A stretch of 64,000 nt of DNA, from contig CM082579.2 of the NCBI GenBank assembly GCA_040954595.2, positions 8,421,625-8,485,624 on the forward strand, read 5' to 3'. Position 1 is the first letter of the stretch. The number at the start of each line of letters is the position of its first letter. The notes under the pieces are model-generated. The model made no database searches. It was not told the DNA's origin and saw nothing but the letters and a program-made list of their open reading frames with translations. Below, piece after piece: positions 44,350 through 58,200 of the stretch. The position numbers and the translations under genes are program-made. The DNA is from Balanoglossus misakiensis (Eukaryota; Animalia; Hemichordata).

Positions 44350-47300
44350 TCAAACTGTCAGTGGGACACTGACGGGTTCTGGAACATGGACAACACAAGC
44401 ACCGGCCCTCCCTGTGCACAAAGATCCCATCTGCAATAAAGGTACATCACACAGTGAGTTGAGATTTCAAAACTATTATCAAGGGCTAAGTGTGTAATAT
44501 ATGTATACTGATATGCACTCTCCACTTGTAATACAGTGGGAGATCAGAGATTAATTTGCCACCAGATGCTGATATCACAACCCCTTTTCGCAAAATGGAC
44601 TCTTCTGATCACCCCCGCCTTGTCGTAAAAATGTGAGTGCCCTACTCCTGCCTCTCAATACAAGTATCACCGACCCCTTCTGCAAAATGCACTCTTCTGA
44701 TCGCCACGGTTACACTTGTCACTCACCGTTGTCCACTCGTTGGTCTGGGTGTCGTAGCATTCCACGCCGTTGAGATAGGCCTGTCCGTTGTAGCCACCGA
44801 CCGCGTACAACCTATCCCCCAACACGGCCACACCCACCGCATCTCGGCAAATTTTCATGGACGCCACTGTCATCCAGGTGTCCGATCTTGGGTCGTACCT
44901 GCCGTGAACAAAAGTGAACGCAATGCCAAGAGAAAAAATTATACTCTGCTTGTAGTAATCTTGAGAATTTCAGTCAGCTAATACCACCGAAAAAAGAAAA
45001 GAAATTATTTCTTGATGCTAATGAGCACGTTCAACAAAACTTGAACCTTAGCTGAATGATGGCGATTTAATAAGTGCTCTATTTCTAATCATACTCAGTT
45101 TGGACAGAACTGGAATACGGAACTGTAGGTTTAAAGGTACATGTAATCATAATATTTGGGTTGCAGCACCCGTTCTTAGGCACATAAACTCCCAGAGCAC
45201 ACTACACACGACTAAAGGAAGACATCACCCACCTTTCCACACAGTCAAATTGCCTGGAGGTCTGTTGACTGGCTGGTGCATCATGGCCACCCACGGCATA
45301 CAGACATCCGTTACACACGGCCACCCCGACACCGCCTCGTCTCTTGGACATCGGGGCGCAGGTCGTCCATTTATTAGTGTGCGGATCGTAGCACTCGACG
45401 GAGCGCAAACACGAGCTTCCATCTCGACCACCCACTGCATATAACCTGTACCAATGCAGAGAGAAGTACATCATTTCATTTTTGACCAGAAACTGGTCAG
45501 ATTTTATCCAGTAAAAAGGGGAGCTTACAGAAGCAAAGTTTGCTAACAATTGCAGTGTTTTTGTTATTTCAGCTGCTTTTGACAGGTTATATCTTGCTGT
45601 GATGAAATTCTTCCCATCGCTTTGTTTGGTTTGATGAAACTGATGGTGGTGTTTACATATTCTGCCAGGGAATGAGATACATGTAACTGTTTGTTACTTG
45701 GAGAATGACAAAGACAGTCATTCAACTACTGGTACATGTATACCTTTGACATCTAGCAGGAAATTGCATCTTCATGTTCACTAATCAACTAACATTAGAA
45801 TGAAATATTGTTCCAAAAAATATCTTTATTTTCCACCGATTTCACAACTGTACTGTAAACACGATACTTACTTTCCATTCAGCACAGAAACCCCCACTGT
45901 ACTGCGGGGCATGGACATGGGTGCCACAAAACTCCACTGTCTGCTCTGAGGATCCCACCTCTCCACGGTTGCCAGGTAACTCCATCCATCATGGCCGCCG
46001 ACCGCATACATTGGCCCTTCTAACACGCCAACACCTGCCATAACCCAGAAACATATACAGAATATTTTCATGTGTCTCACAGAAATGTATTTGTGAAGAT
46101 GTGAGAATACTGATTTGGTTTAAATTCAAAGTTGGAATGTCTGAAAGCCTTAAAAGCCTACATTTATACTCAAAACACTCATGGGAGTTGTTACTTCACA
46201 TCAGACGATGCGAGGAATATTTTTTAAGACTCTCTCACATCCCCGAGTTTGGGTCTGTTTCTCTGCTATACACTGACGGGACAACGGCAAATCAACGCGT
46301 TTCTCCATCCTCAAAGATAATCTTTCACAACAGCATCCCAGTGACTGAGGTAACTGCCACGATGCCATTTTTTACGCAGAGAAAAAATACCCTACCCAAA
46401 CCGTGCCGATGCGTTGCCATGGCGGGCATCATGGTCCACGCCTTCGTCTTGGGATTGTAACACTCCACAGTGTTCAACGTCTTCAGTCCGTCCCTGCCAC
46501 CGACCACATAGAGTTTGTCTTCCACCACCGCCACACCGAACTGTAACCGTCGTGCGCTCATGTTTGCCACCTGGGTCCAGGAGTTCGTTCTCAGGTCATA
46601 TTTCTCTATACTTGTTGCACCTGTCGAAATAAAGAAATATTTTCATTCAACATGTTGCAATTTGAGCAATTGGTTTGAGCGAACAATCAGGCCAAAAACG
46701 TCCTTTTATTAAAATACAAGTGCATGCCAGCATAATCTTCAACTTATTTAATAGTAAAGTGCTGGTACCAATATAATCACACACACACCATGCACGCACA
46801 CACACACACACATATACATTCACAACAATGCACGCACACACACACATACATACACCCACACCCATGCGAGGATCACACACATAGACAACAGCTTATAGCT
46901 ATATACCTTTAGTGTTATCCATGCCTCCCACAGCGTAGAGGGAGCCAACTGTGGATTTGCGAGGCTTTGTTCGTTGCGTCTGCAGGGATGCCCTCCTCTC
47001 TGGCAGTAAATGATACTTCATGGCTTCCACTATCAGTCGTTGACATTGTTCATCTCCTTTGAATAAAGGGTTTGTGTCCACATGGTCGGAGAGAAACTGA
47101 AAAGTGGCAAGGAGAACTACCGTAGTGAGGTGATTTGGCAAACCTGTGGACTTGCTTGATAAATCGTCAGGAACAAATTAGCATACATTTGTACAAGTGC
47201 ACAATCTCAAATTGTCAATATAAACCTGGACAGTTACACCCAAAATACTAAGTTTCATTATATACTGCCCTCTGTAGCAATCTTTGTAATTCTTCTGTTT

Positions 47301-50300
47301 TAACAACTACATGTACAGATGATGGCATCATCAATCAAGTGCATGCAATCTGATGAACCACTATCTTCTGTCACTCCTGTTTGGTACATGTATACAAACA
47401 GGACCAATGATTGCACTTGTATCACATCACATATGATTGTAACTGCGTTGGACTGAAGAGTTTTACCAGACCCCCTCCCCCCTCTCCCCTCCAATGCCTC
47501 AATGCAAAAAACCTTACCTGTGGCGTAAGTAACGGCAGCCTGATGTAGCCCATCAGTTTGCTCAGATCCTTCTTCCTGGCCGCCAGCTCATGTTTGACCC
47601 AGGTGAGCATGGCGTAGTACATGGCCTCTTCACTGGCGATGTTCAAGTCGTCGCTGGAGAACAGGTCGCACACGTCGTCCACCGACAGCAGCAGAAACTC
47701 TTGATTGTGCGTGACTTCCACAAAGTGTTCCTGTCAATTGAAGCGAAAGAGGGAGATGATCTTTTCCGTCATATGATGATCAATCTGGTGGATGGTCCTT
47801 CAGTTTGATTTTACACTAAACAGAGTTTCAGCTGTGTACTTTATATACGATAATCCACCATATTTTCTGGGGTGTACCAGAAATTACGATATGGAGAGGG
47901 ATTACTGCAATACTACTTAAAGTAAAACCTGTCTGAACAGAACACTAAAGGGACAGAAAAAATAGTTTGGTTTGCAGAGGTGTCCGGTTTATAGAGGTTC
48001 TTTTAACATACTCTACATCAAAGAGACTGGAAAAGGTGTCCGGTAAAGACAGGTTTCCAGACTAGACAGGCACACACTTACTGTGGTGAAATTGTGAGCC
48101 ACTTTGAGCAGATCGCTGCAGCCGTGGGTCTCGGCGAAGGAGCGGATGCCCAGACAATTTGACGGGTGCAGCTGCTTCATCAGGAACCCGCAGCAGGCTT
48201 CCACCACTTCGGACAACTGCAGTATGCAGGCGGTGGCTAGGAGACTCTCCACGCTGTCTTGTTTCAGGTCTATTTGGCCTGTGGAGAGAGCAAGCAAAGA
48301 GAAATACCACAGGTGAGGTTGGGTGAGCTCTCAAATTACAATCCAATTAGACTTCAATTTAGCCATCCTGGCACAACCTTAAAGTGGAAAATAATAAATG
48401 AGACTAGTGATGAATTATGAAAATTTAACCCTTTCACCCCAGTTCCTTCTATACAGAGGTCCAACCTCACCATAGAAAACAATGGGTTTGGACTGAACCA
48501 TGGTGGTGAAAGGGCTAAGCTGAAGGACCGGATCTTGCAAATGCATTTTTGAAGACATACTGTAACTGTACATTTTTAAAACAACAGAAAAAGACCAACA
48601 GGAACAATCCACAAAAAGCGCAAAATTTCTATCCACATCCTTCATTAATTCTTTACCTAAACTAGTAAATTGCACAAACATATACTTTTCTTTCACTGTG
48701 CATTCAGCATTTTTCCCTACTGACTCATTCGCTTCAGTTGCTTACATGTAATTCATTTGTTTTCAATTAAACAAGTCAGATGGAAATGTATGGCAGCGAG
48801 AATGCGTCATTAGCCTCTTGACAACCCAGCATCCTATTTTACATTCAACCTCCACTGCAAGGGTCTCCTCAGGGAACCATCCACCCCTCTTACGCGGAAA
48901 TGGAATAATCCGATTTCGTGTCACCCATTATAAGGACATGTACATTGAATATTGAATGGTGGGGATGACTTTATAATAACAACTTGAATTGTTATGTTTA
49001 AGGAGAATATATATAAAACGGTTTAGTAAACTTTCTTTTTTTTCCGTCAAAAGCTGACCTGGGAGTAGCCCTGCGCAGAAGAGATACATTAAGTTCACAA
49101 ATGCTGGCATTAAACCTCTTTAAAGAAAATCCCTGACGCTGATATAAGACAACAGACGTCGCTGTCGGCTACAGATAAGTCTGTGACATGATGCACAGCC
49201 CGGCTAACGCGCACACCATTCAAATTAAGACAGATTTTCACCCAGTGTCGGAGGAGTGTAAGCCAATAAGCCGGTAATGGCCATTCATTCAGATCGGCCG
49301 AGATCCTCCAGTATAGATCTGGCAAACTGTCTTGCCTTCCAACACACAGAAAGCTATAGGATGATAGAGATCAAATTAACAACAGACAATTTATCCAAAA
49401 ACATCCTGACATCCAACGTCACACGATTAGCTCTCGCTTGGTAAAATAACAAGTCATTGTCAATGATATAGTCCCCACTGGATTACACTGTCTTCCAAAA
49501 ATCACCTGGTAGTGGCCAGTATATTGTTGAGTGCGCTAGGGAGCATGTCTACAGGTATAATGTAAAGAGCACAATTGAGAAAGCATAAAACGTATTGTAG
49601 AGAGAAAATACACTTCATATATCTTGCCTGGTCCAACATCATTGCCAACATTAGTAAATGTGCATGTATCACAGTATACTGTATACATGAAGCCCAAAAA
49701 TGGGAGTTTGAGATCATTGAAGGAGTATACCATCAGAATACAATTGCAACAAACATACACAATACACCATGGCCAGAGTCCCTTCAATACTGCAACTCTG
49801 GAAGATGGATGCTTATGACTTCTTCTTAAGGTACCTGGACACACACACAGAAGGCTACACTAATGGGTTAGAAAAATTATTGCTCTTTTGCGATGACAAT
49901 TTAATCGATCATTTCAACAACAAAAATGCCGGCCTAAGTTTTTTTCAAGTGTCGTCTGAAACCAATAACAGGGGCACTGATAAATAAACTAAAATGCAGA
50001 TATTTGGCTGATGGATATGCGGACATAAATCTGGTCGCCACAATTGATGGGCGCTGTGTCTTGACTAGGTTTCTTGGCTGTCTGCAGCAGGTGTGCGACA
50101 AAGCGCCTCATCAGTCTTGGCACAGGTACGGTCTGCCGGCCGAGGGTGTTAACGACAGCAAAAAGTGATGGCGCGCAAACGCCACCAATCACTTTGACTA
50201 ATGAAGCGGGAAGTGTAGAGACGTCCTGGCAACAATTTAGGATGCACTGATTTATAAAATAGTCATGGACTTTTACTGAGTGATGAAGAAAGCAAAATGA

Positions 50301-53300
50301 GGCCGGAAATTCAGAATAACAGCAATATTTTGTGACAGCTCTGATTTCACAATGTAAAATTTTGTGCAGCTCCCCATATATCAGTGACTTTTTTGATCCA
50401 TAATATATCATTTGTTTTTATCTTCTTTCAAAACACCACTCAAGTGTGTGTATTACTAAGTGAAAAATAGAACGCAAATGTGAATTTATGAGTGTATATC
50501 ATGTACCTACATTTTGAACAAAAAATCATAAGACGGAATAATGTTATTTTGGAAAACACCACTGTTATTTCACTTCACATTTGACATCTCACATTCGGTA
50601 CCCAAAATACCCATGCTGCATATTTATAAAACCATCAAAATGTGAATTTTTCACCACAAGAGACACAGAACTGATAAACATCTAAAAAAACAGAAAACAT
50701 TTTGTGTGGTTGTCATACACAGGCAAAATTGTCATTCAGTGCCGGGTTAAATTATTTCCTATAACAGGAGGGAAAAAAAGCCGATAATTGGTTTTGAGAC
50801 GATTACTCTGCTTGGCAGTACATGCATGCAGTGGTGCTGGCCATGCATAGTAAAAGAGACTAAATTATCAAGAGGTCCTGGATTGCATTTGCAGTATTTA
50901 TACAGGCAAGTTTTAATACACAGCTTTACAGGTGCTGTTAATCTGGGTCTGTCCACATTTCATGGTTTTGTAGGTTTTTTACTCCAAGGCGCTTAGTCTC
51001 ATATGTGGGTGCTAGTTCTCCAGACAAGGGAATGGTAACAAAAAGTCAAACATAGTGGTAAATCCTCGCAACTTGGAGACAGCAGCAACACAGAATACAA
51101 TCCTTCAGTACAGTACAGTACAGTACAGTACAGTACAGTACAGTACAGTACAGTACAGTACAGTACAGTACAGTACAGTACAGTACAGTACAGTACAGTA
51201 CAGTACAGTACAGTACAGTACAGTGGAGAAAAGTAACGAAACAAATCCAACTGCAACAGTCAAAATCAAGAGGCCTACAACTTCTAGAAACCACAAGTGT
51301 GTTTTTTCCCCTGTCAAACATACAGGTCTACATGTATTATTAACCACAAAAGGGCAGTCAATCACCTTGTAATGTGAGAACTTCCACACAAAACAAGGGT
51401 CAGGAAAACAGCAGGGCTTGAAGGTGTGAGAAACACATCCGGTGACAGTGTCACCAGAATCCTGATTTGTTTTCCAGGAGATTCAAAAACAAAAAATTTG
51501 ACGTATTAGCAGGAGGAAACACATGCAGTTACATTTGACATCTCGGAAAAAAGCAAATAACGAAATCAGATTAAAATCAGAAGTAGAGTTGGCTTGATCT
51601 TTACATCTGCTGATTCTTTGCTGTTCTTTTCCCGGATCTACGCCACACGACGATTTTAATCAGACTGGAAATAGTGAAATTTGCAAAGGTTTGTTGGCGG
51701 AAAAAAATTTAAGCCTGTGCACACAGTGTGCAAGATCATTCTTTGGGACGAACAGGTGATGCATGGTCAACTGATCAGGGACAGCTGTGTATTTCCTCTC
51801 TCTAGTCGCATGCACATTGCACCAGATATTTTGTCAATGCAGAGAGACATCCAAATGATACATTTGCAGGAGATCTATAGGGCACAGGTTTTAAATTATG
51901 CAGATGGCAGCTTTTCAATAATCCCTCCCTAAATACACCCTTTTTTCATAAAGAGAGGGAAGTACAGCTTCAGGGCATACAGAATAGCTCACTCTGCCGC
52001 CAGCAAGGAACTCTTCAAATCAATGACACTTACAATGCACGACTGATGACGATGCATATTAGCGCTCAGCGCTGCGTCTCTTCTGAATGATGCCACTGCA
52101 TATCAATTTGTCTCATCATCTAAATTTCGGAACTCCACAAAAGATTTTAAAGAAAAATGACGTTGTGGGTTTCTTTGCAGTCACTGCGGTTCAGCGATGA
52201 TTTTGACGATTACTAGTATATGTTGCATGGCTTTTCAGTAATGGATGTAAATATGGCTTGTAACTTTCTTTCATTCAATGACGTTATGCTCTTTGAAAAT
52301 CGGTCTTAAAACTTTTTCTCATGCTTTGCTCAAGGTAACTTCAGATCACATGCTCTCTTACAGTTGAGGAAAAAAAAATTAGGGGGTCACGAAGTCCGTG
52401 TCACAAGTGAACATATATATTTGTGACACCGGTGAAAAGTGGACCTGCAATACCAGCGCTAGAATAAAGTAGGCAAAGAAAAGGCACACACTGAACAAAA
52501 TCAAAGATCTCATTTGCAATTAAACAAAGCCCAGCTCCATAAAACCAAAATGCCACAGAATCAACAACAGGAATTGACTTTTAAATGAAAGCAACTGAAC
52601 TATTAGCAGCAGCAGCAGAAGCAGCACAGCTGAAAAAGTCTGAGATAAAAACTTCATTTAGGTCAGCGGGGATGTTTTACATTCTCCGAGCATACCCCCG
52701 CCACACATTCCAATAATGACCCAATCATTAATTCAATTTAGCATAAAGATTGCCGCATTAGATTACGACACACAGTACGCTAAGTTCTATCTGAATCACT
52801 CACAGATCGATGGATGCAAACAAAAAACACACAGACGCAGAAAAAAAAATCCCTCCCTACAGCACACATGGCCCATCATCGCATCGTCATCCAGCCAGGC
52901 ACATGCAGATCAAGCTCGTCACGCACAATGCCTCGCAATTAGCAGTGGTGCACCTCCGTATATTTTCTGACAAAATCCATACATTTAAGCCGTGCACGCA
53001 CAGCAAATCGAATCAGGGATTCAAGGTTAACTGCGGCCGGCTGAATTACACCTGACGAGGATCGCACGCAGTGACTGCCAATTTCCCTTTATTAGACACA
53101 GTCGGTAGCATACGCTCCATATCTAACTAATCAGCAGCCGGAGATTGATGTGTGAACACTGCTAATTTGCACCGCGCTGCCGCGAGAATTCCATGACATT
53201 ACGTTCGGCTGGTACGATCACCAACCATTATGGGCGAAATTGGCTAATCAATCATCTCATGTTAAACTCGCCATTCCTTACGGTCAGCATTTGGCCTTAA

Positions 53301-55241
53301 AAACATGTGCAGCTTGCATGGAACAATATCTGAAGTTTGAATTACAGCAACCTACCTATTACAATTCAATTTGCTCAGATGTGAGTGCCAAAACTGTAGG
53401 AACTGTTGTCAGCTGAGATGCAGATGCTTTTTGGGGCAAGTACCGTATGTGCCAGAAAATCGAAAATGTCCCTGCCCAAAGTATGTGCCATCAAGAGTGA
53501 CTTTTTGATCTGAATTATTGTCTGCTATAGTAAATTTTCTGCTGTTTGTTGCATAATTAAAGGCAAGATAATAATCACTACACCAAAGGGAGAGTGCCAG
53601 TTTGAATTAGGTATTTAACATTGTAATGAACACTCAAAATGCAGAAAAAAACATGCAGTCAAATTGTAAATTCCGAATCAAAGTGGCACACTAAATTGAA
53701 ATCTGCACAGCACAAAAGTCCCCATGTACATATCTATACATGTATGTGTACACATGTATGTTGAAGTCAAAACTCTTGACTGCAACAGAAAACACACACA
53801 CACAGCTGTGATTTTGAGTTAGCTCAGGTCATATTATTCCGCAGTCAGAACTGAGGTGTCTCATTTCCAAAGCAAACATCCTGTATCTCTAATGGTCCAT
53901 CAATCACTGCCCCGCAATAGCCAGTCTTCACCATTACGCACAACGAGTGGTGATTTCCGACAAGAGAAATTCCCTCCGAGGAGGAATCAGGAGCTGTCTG
54001 AAACTTTCGGTTTCAGACGTGTCTTGTGTGTCTGGCAGGAAGATTTCAGACTTAAACACTAGTCTCGACCCGTTCAGTGAAAATTCAGGACACACTGTCA
54101 TTTCACAATGTCTGTTAGGCGTTACTAATGAGACAGTTTTTTGTAGTGAAAGAATTATGCAGGTGCACATTGTATTTTTATGTAGGGTGATTACTAGTAT
54201 CTTCCTGCAGGGATTAAAATCTTTTCAAGAAAAGCTATTTCTCAATTACTTAAAATTTAGAAATCTACCGTATTTAGTTAAATATCTCTATGGAAGCATT
54301 TTAAGGTAAAACTTAGAATTTTCAATTTGTTTTCATCCATTCACATAATATACAATCTACACAATGAAAAGAGCTTGTAAAACTTCTTTTTGTCAAAAAG
54401 ATTTTTTGCAATAATAATAAATAAGCAGAGCACTAAATGCTCCTGCATAGCATGCATATCAAGCTGCAATGGTTCACTTTTGTTTTAAACAATGCCCCAA
54501 TATCAATAACAAGTTATGTTAAATGATGCAATCCATCATTCCTAAATACAGTACACCTTGAACTTTGCGACACCCTGACATGTTGACACAGCAAAAGGTG
54601 AAGGGGAAACTCTATGATAAACAACCATGTAATTTGTATCTTTTTCCCTTGAATGATGGTGTCAGAAGGAAAGAAAATCAATCAAGACACAACCCAAGGT
54701 CGCGATATACTGTAAAACACTTTATTTTCGCGAGCAACAAATTTTCGCGAAATACGCGAGAGCCAAAATAACGTGAAAATAAAGATTCGCGTAATTTTTT
54801 TTTGAAGATAACGATGTAGTGAATGAAATAAGAGAACACGAAAATTAATACTCGCGAAACAGTGGCCTCTCTCGATATTGCGAAAATTTTGACTCGCGAA
54901 AATAAAGTGTTTTACAGTAATCATTCTCACCTGTGTAGGTATACTGTATGAGGGAGCTCAACGCCTGCGGGTCGACGCCGTGCAACTCGATCTCGCTCTC
55001 CCTGGCTTCCCGGACATCGTTGGTGAACATGGCGGCAAAGTAATCGGAGACGGCGCTCAGCACCAGTCGGTGGGCGGGTATCCGCACCTCCCCGGCCACC
55101 AGCACCACGTCGGTCAGTTGTTTCTTGCTCAGGTAGTCTTCCATCTTCTTGAAGGTCTTCTCGGCGTGGTTGATGGAGCGGAAGCATTCACCGTCCACGT
55201 TGTCTTCCATCTCTTGGCAGAAGCCAGGATTACTGAAGATC
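44350..55241 (-). CDS. KLHL5: Kelch-like BTB-BACK-kelch protein of the KLHL1/4/5 subfamily (5'-partial)
   Basis: Exons 55241-54931, 48278-48082, 47730-47518, 47096-46907, 46620-46396, 46034-45872, 45445-45233, 44898-44727 and 44430-44350, all GT-AG and in frame (577 aa from the Met at 55210). BTB ([10 protein letters not shown]...[24 protein letters not shown]), BACK, and six kelch repeats ([34 protein letters not shown]). The first visible exon starts at an acceptor with an open frame, so further exons lie upstream. Probably co-orthologous to vertebrate KLHL1/4/5. Confidence 0.93.
48429..48514. mobile_element. 86-bp piggyBac-like mini element
   Basis: TTAA|ccctttcacc ... ggtgaaaggg|CTAA (degenerate TSD). 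Confidence 0.55.
51106..51224. repeat. (CAGTA)n pentanucleotide microsatellite
   Basis: ~24 units seen directly; a shorter degenerate run lies at ~37640-37697. Confidence 0.97.
54710..54917. mobile_element. 208-bp MITE with TA TSD (Tc1/mariner-type)
   Basis: TA|ctgtaaaacactttattttcgcgag ... ctcgcgaaaataaagtgttttacag|TA; perfect 25-bp TIRs. Confidence 0.88.
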
Positions 55242-58200
55242 CTGAAATTGCGAGAGAAAAAAAGAGAGAGAGAAAGAGATAGAGAGAAGTCGTTAGATTA
55301 AAACCGCCTGTTCATTCAGGAAGATTTCAATAACTCGAGATGTGACACACAAATGAACCTGCTACAATGATTTCTAGAGAGGTGCACGTATCTCACTGAT
55401 GAAACAGGAAAATGTTAGAATGACATAAACACGACACAGAACATCTTTGGAGATATAACCGTAAAAGCCTGTAATGATGCCTGATGCCACAGCTATATCA
55501 GAGGAGAACACATTTTTACCGTGTTATACAGTTCATCCCCATTGCAAATGTGCCTCGCATACACAGCGGCACTGCAGTGCTGACTCACACGGCGGCGTTT
55601 AGCTTCTGGTGATGCTGCCTGACGACACAGCTCGCTCATTGTGGTGATGCCTTATCCACATGTGCATTTCCGTTTAAACTCTCCTCCCCGTGAGCTGGCC
55701 ACATGAGCGTGCGTGCGTACGTGTGTGTACCGTGTAAAGAGCAGTTTCCATTATGTGGAGGCAAAAACACGGAAGAGGCGATGTGTGGAAAAACTCATGT
55801 GGAAAACCGAGGGACAACACGTCGAAATGGGCTTCCCCAATCCATCACCGCCGCTCGCTCTCGACAGCTGAAATCCGGGGGATAGGTGTCCGGGGTTGCC
55901 GCCCACCTCAAACCACAGCGGAATTAAGGCACGCTACTTAAAAAACAACCAGTCCAGTAAAACCCGCAGACGTACTGTCACCAACCGAACGTTAAAGGTA
56001 ACTCATCACATTTCTACTGGCATCTCATGTTTTTTTTTTTTTTTTGCTTCAACTGATAAAAAAGAAATCGCGTATTATTTATAATGCTCTGAGTGCTCGC
56101 CATTAAAATTCATGACGCAGTCTTCCAATTGCAGGCATTATACGAGAAGCCGCCAGAAATGATAATAATCCAAACTGGTGCGGCGATCATTTTCTCCTCA
56201 CAAAGCCATCAATCTAGTGCCATCATCCATGGCACCTCACAGACTGCACACACAACATCTACCCAGACCTCCTTCCTCCCCTGGGCTCCATTTCCAAGGA
56301 TTGATATATTTTTTATTTAAGCATACAAATCATAATGATCCCCTTTTGATCGATCTGATAGCCATGTGTAACAGACAAGCTTATCAAAACCTACAGACAT
56401 TATTTGTGTCAGTGAAATATCTCTCCGGGAAATTTCACAGGGACAGTTATCAAGAGTTACAGCTTACAGATAACCTTGGAAACTTCCAGAAATATAAAAT
56501 GTATGATTTACCAAATAAAACATTGCCCATATTTTTCAGAAATTCAGATTTTTACTAACAATGATTCCTGATGCATTCAGTATAGTATTAAATTTACAAT
56601 TACTTTCACATTGCTTCTAAATGTTGATCTCAAACTGGGTTTTATTGAGAGACACCACTATCTTTGACGAATTGCCGATGTGTTTATTCATAAAACATGT
56701 ACAAATGTGTATATTTAATAATACAATATTACCCCAAAATGACTGCCTAAAGTATTTTCCAAGAGGAAATAAAAATACACACTTCTGATGTTTGCATTTC
56801 TGTTTATCACATTTAACACAAAAATGCGACATCATATCATGATTCTGAATATTGAGAACGTTTTGACTAATTATAAGTAAAAGAAGCAATTTCATTTTAA
56901 ACAAATAATTTGGAACATATCAGCAGTGTCATTAAATAAACCACCCCAGGGATATCAGAAGTCTAATTAAGCAATCAGCCATCCAAGGTTATGGTAAAAA
57001 CCACAAGATTTTGACCAGTTCACGACATACGTAGACACCGTCACATGTGCGTAGATGGTGTAAAACTGCGGACCTCAGTGTTTTTATGTAGAAAACTGTA
57101 TGGTTGAATTGCGTGCATATAAGCCTCCTCGTACTCGTGAGCTTACCATAAGTAATCCCACTCTAACATGTATAATTACCTGTACTAATACGCCCACATA
57201 TGCAGTCATCAGTATGCACGACAAACAGGGCAATCAGCAGAGTTATTTACTTCGCACGGAGACAGCTAATTGGTCAGATCAAAATGGAGTGATTCTACTT
57301 TTAAATGGCGGATAGGTAAAATCATTTAAAGTTTAGCGGACACTGTTTCTGAATCAAAGTGTACGTGAACAACAGCACTTGTTTTTGTGTTTTTTTTGAC
57401 AATTTCTAACTCTCTGGTGGCTGACACACTCTACAGCTCATTGGGCAGGAACGGAAAACAGTCAGATTGCTGGGAATCCATTAAGGAACAGAAAATGATT
57501 GCCTTTTGGATCAGAAAACATAAGAGGGTGAATAACATGGCCAGCTGAGTGTCGTGATAATGGCAGAAGTAAAATCTCCAGACATCAGAACACTTAAGAG
57601 ATGATGGCAACTGTCTTACTGTCTAAAGGCTGGCTGAAAACCCCAGCAGGCCGACTTCGCGTCCAGTAACAGATGTTTGGGTTTCTGGTTGATGTCACCG
57701 GCAGCTCAGAGTCAATGGTCCTGATCAGATCACCGTGGATCTAAGTTTTTTCACATATTGAATCATATGTAATTGTATGGTGCTAAATACTCAGTTTCAA
57801 AACTGGGTCGGCCCTAGGTCACAACAAGACCAGCATCAGCATACTTTGTACATGTACAGTCGGATACCATTTATCCGGAACTTGGTTAATGAGAATGGTG
57901 TTCTTAGGCATACTGTAAAACAGGTTATTCTTCGCGAAACACCAGTACTACCCAAATTTTAAAATTGTAATCTGAACAATTTTGACAATTGGTGCTAATG
58001 GTTAATTGTGGGTGTGTGGCAGCTAAAGCCTAAACCTTAAAAGGGGAATGAGAATCGGTGTTCAGTATAGACAGGTTTCCAGATTAGACAGAGGTTGGTT
58101 TTGACAGGTTCCACTGTACACATGTATGGTATGCATTTGTCCTGCACCGCATCATTGTAAGTGATGTCATATCCCAAAACGGCAGCAAACATTCGTTCTG

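Noticed and set aside
50999-51389. YCTVL/STVQY repeat ORFs
   Set aside because: Translations of the (CAGTA)n microsatellite.
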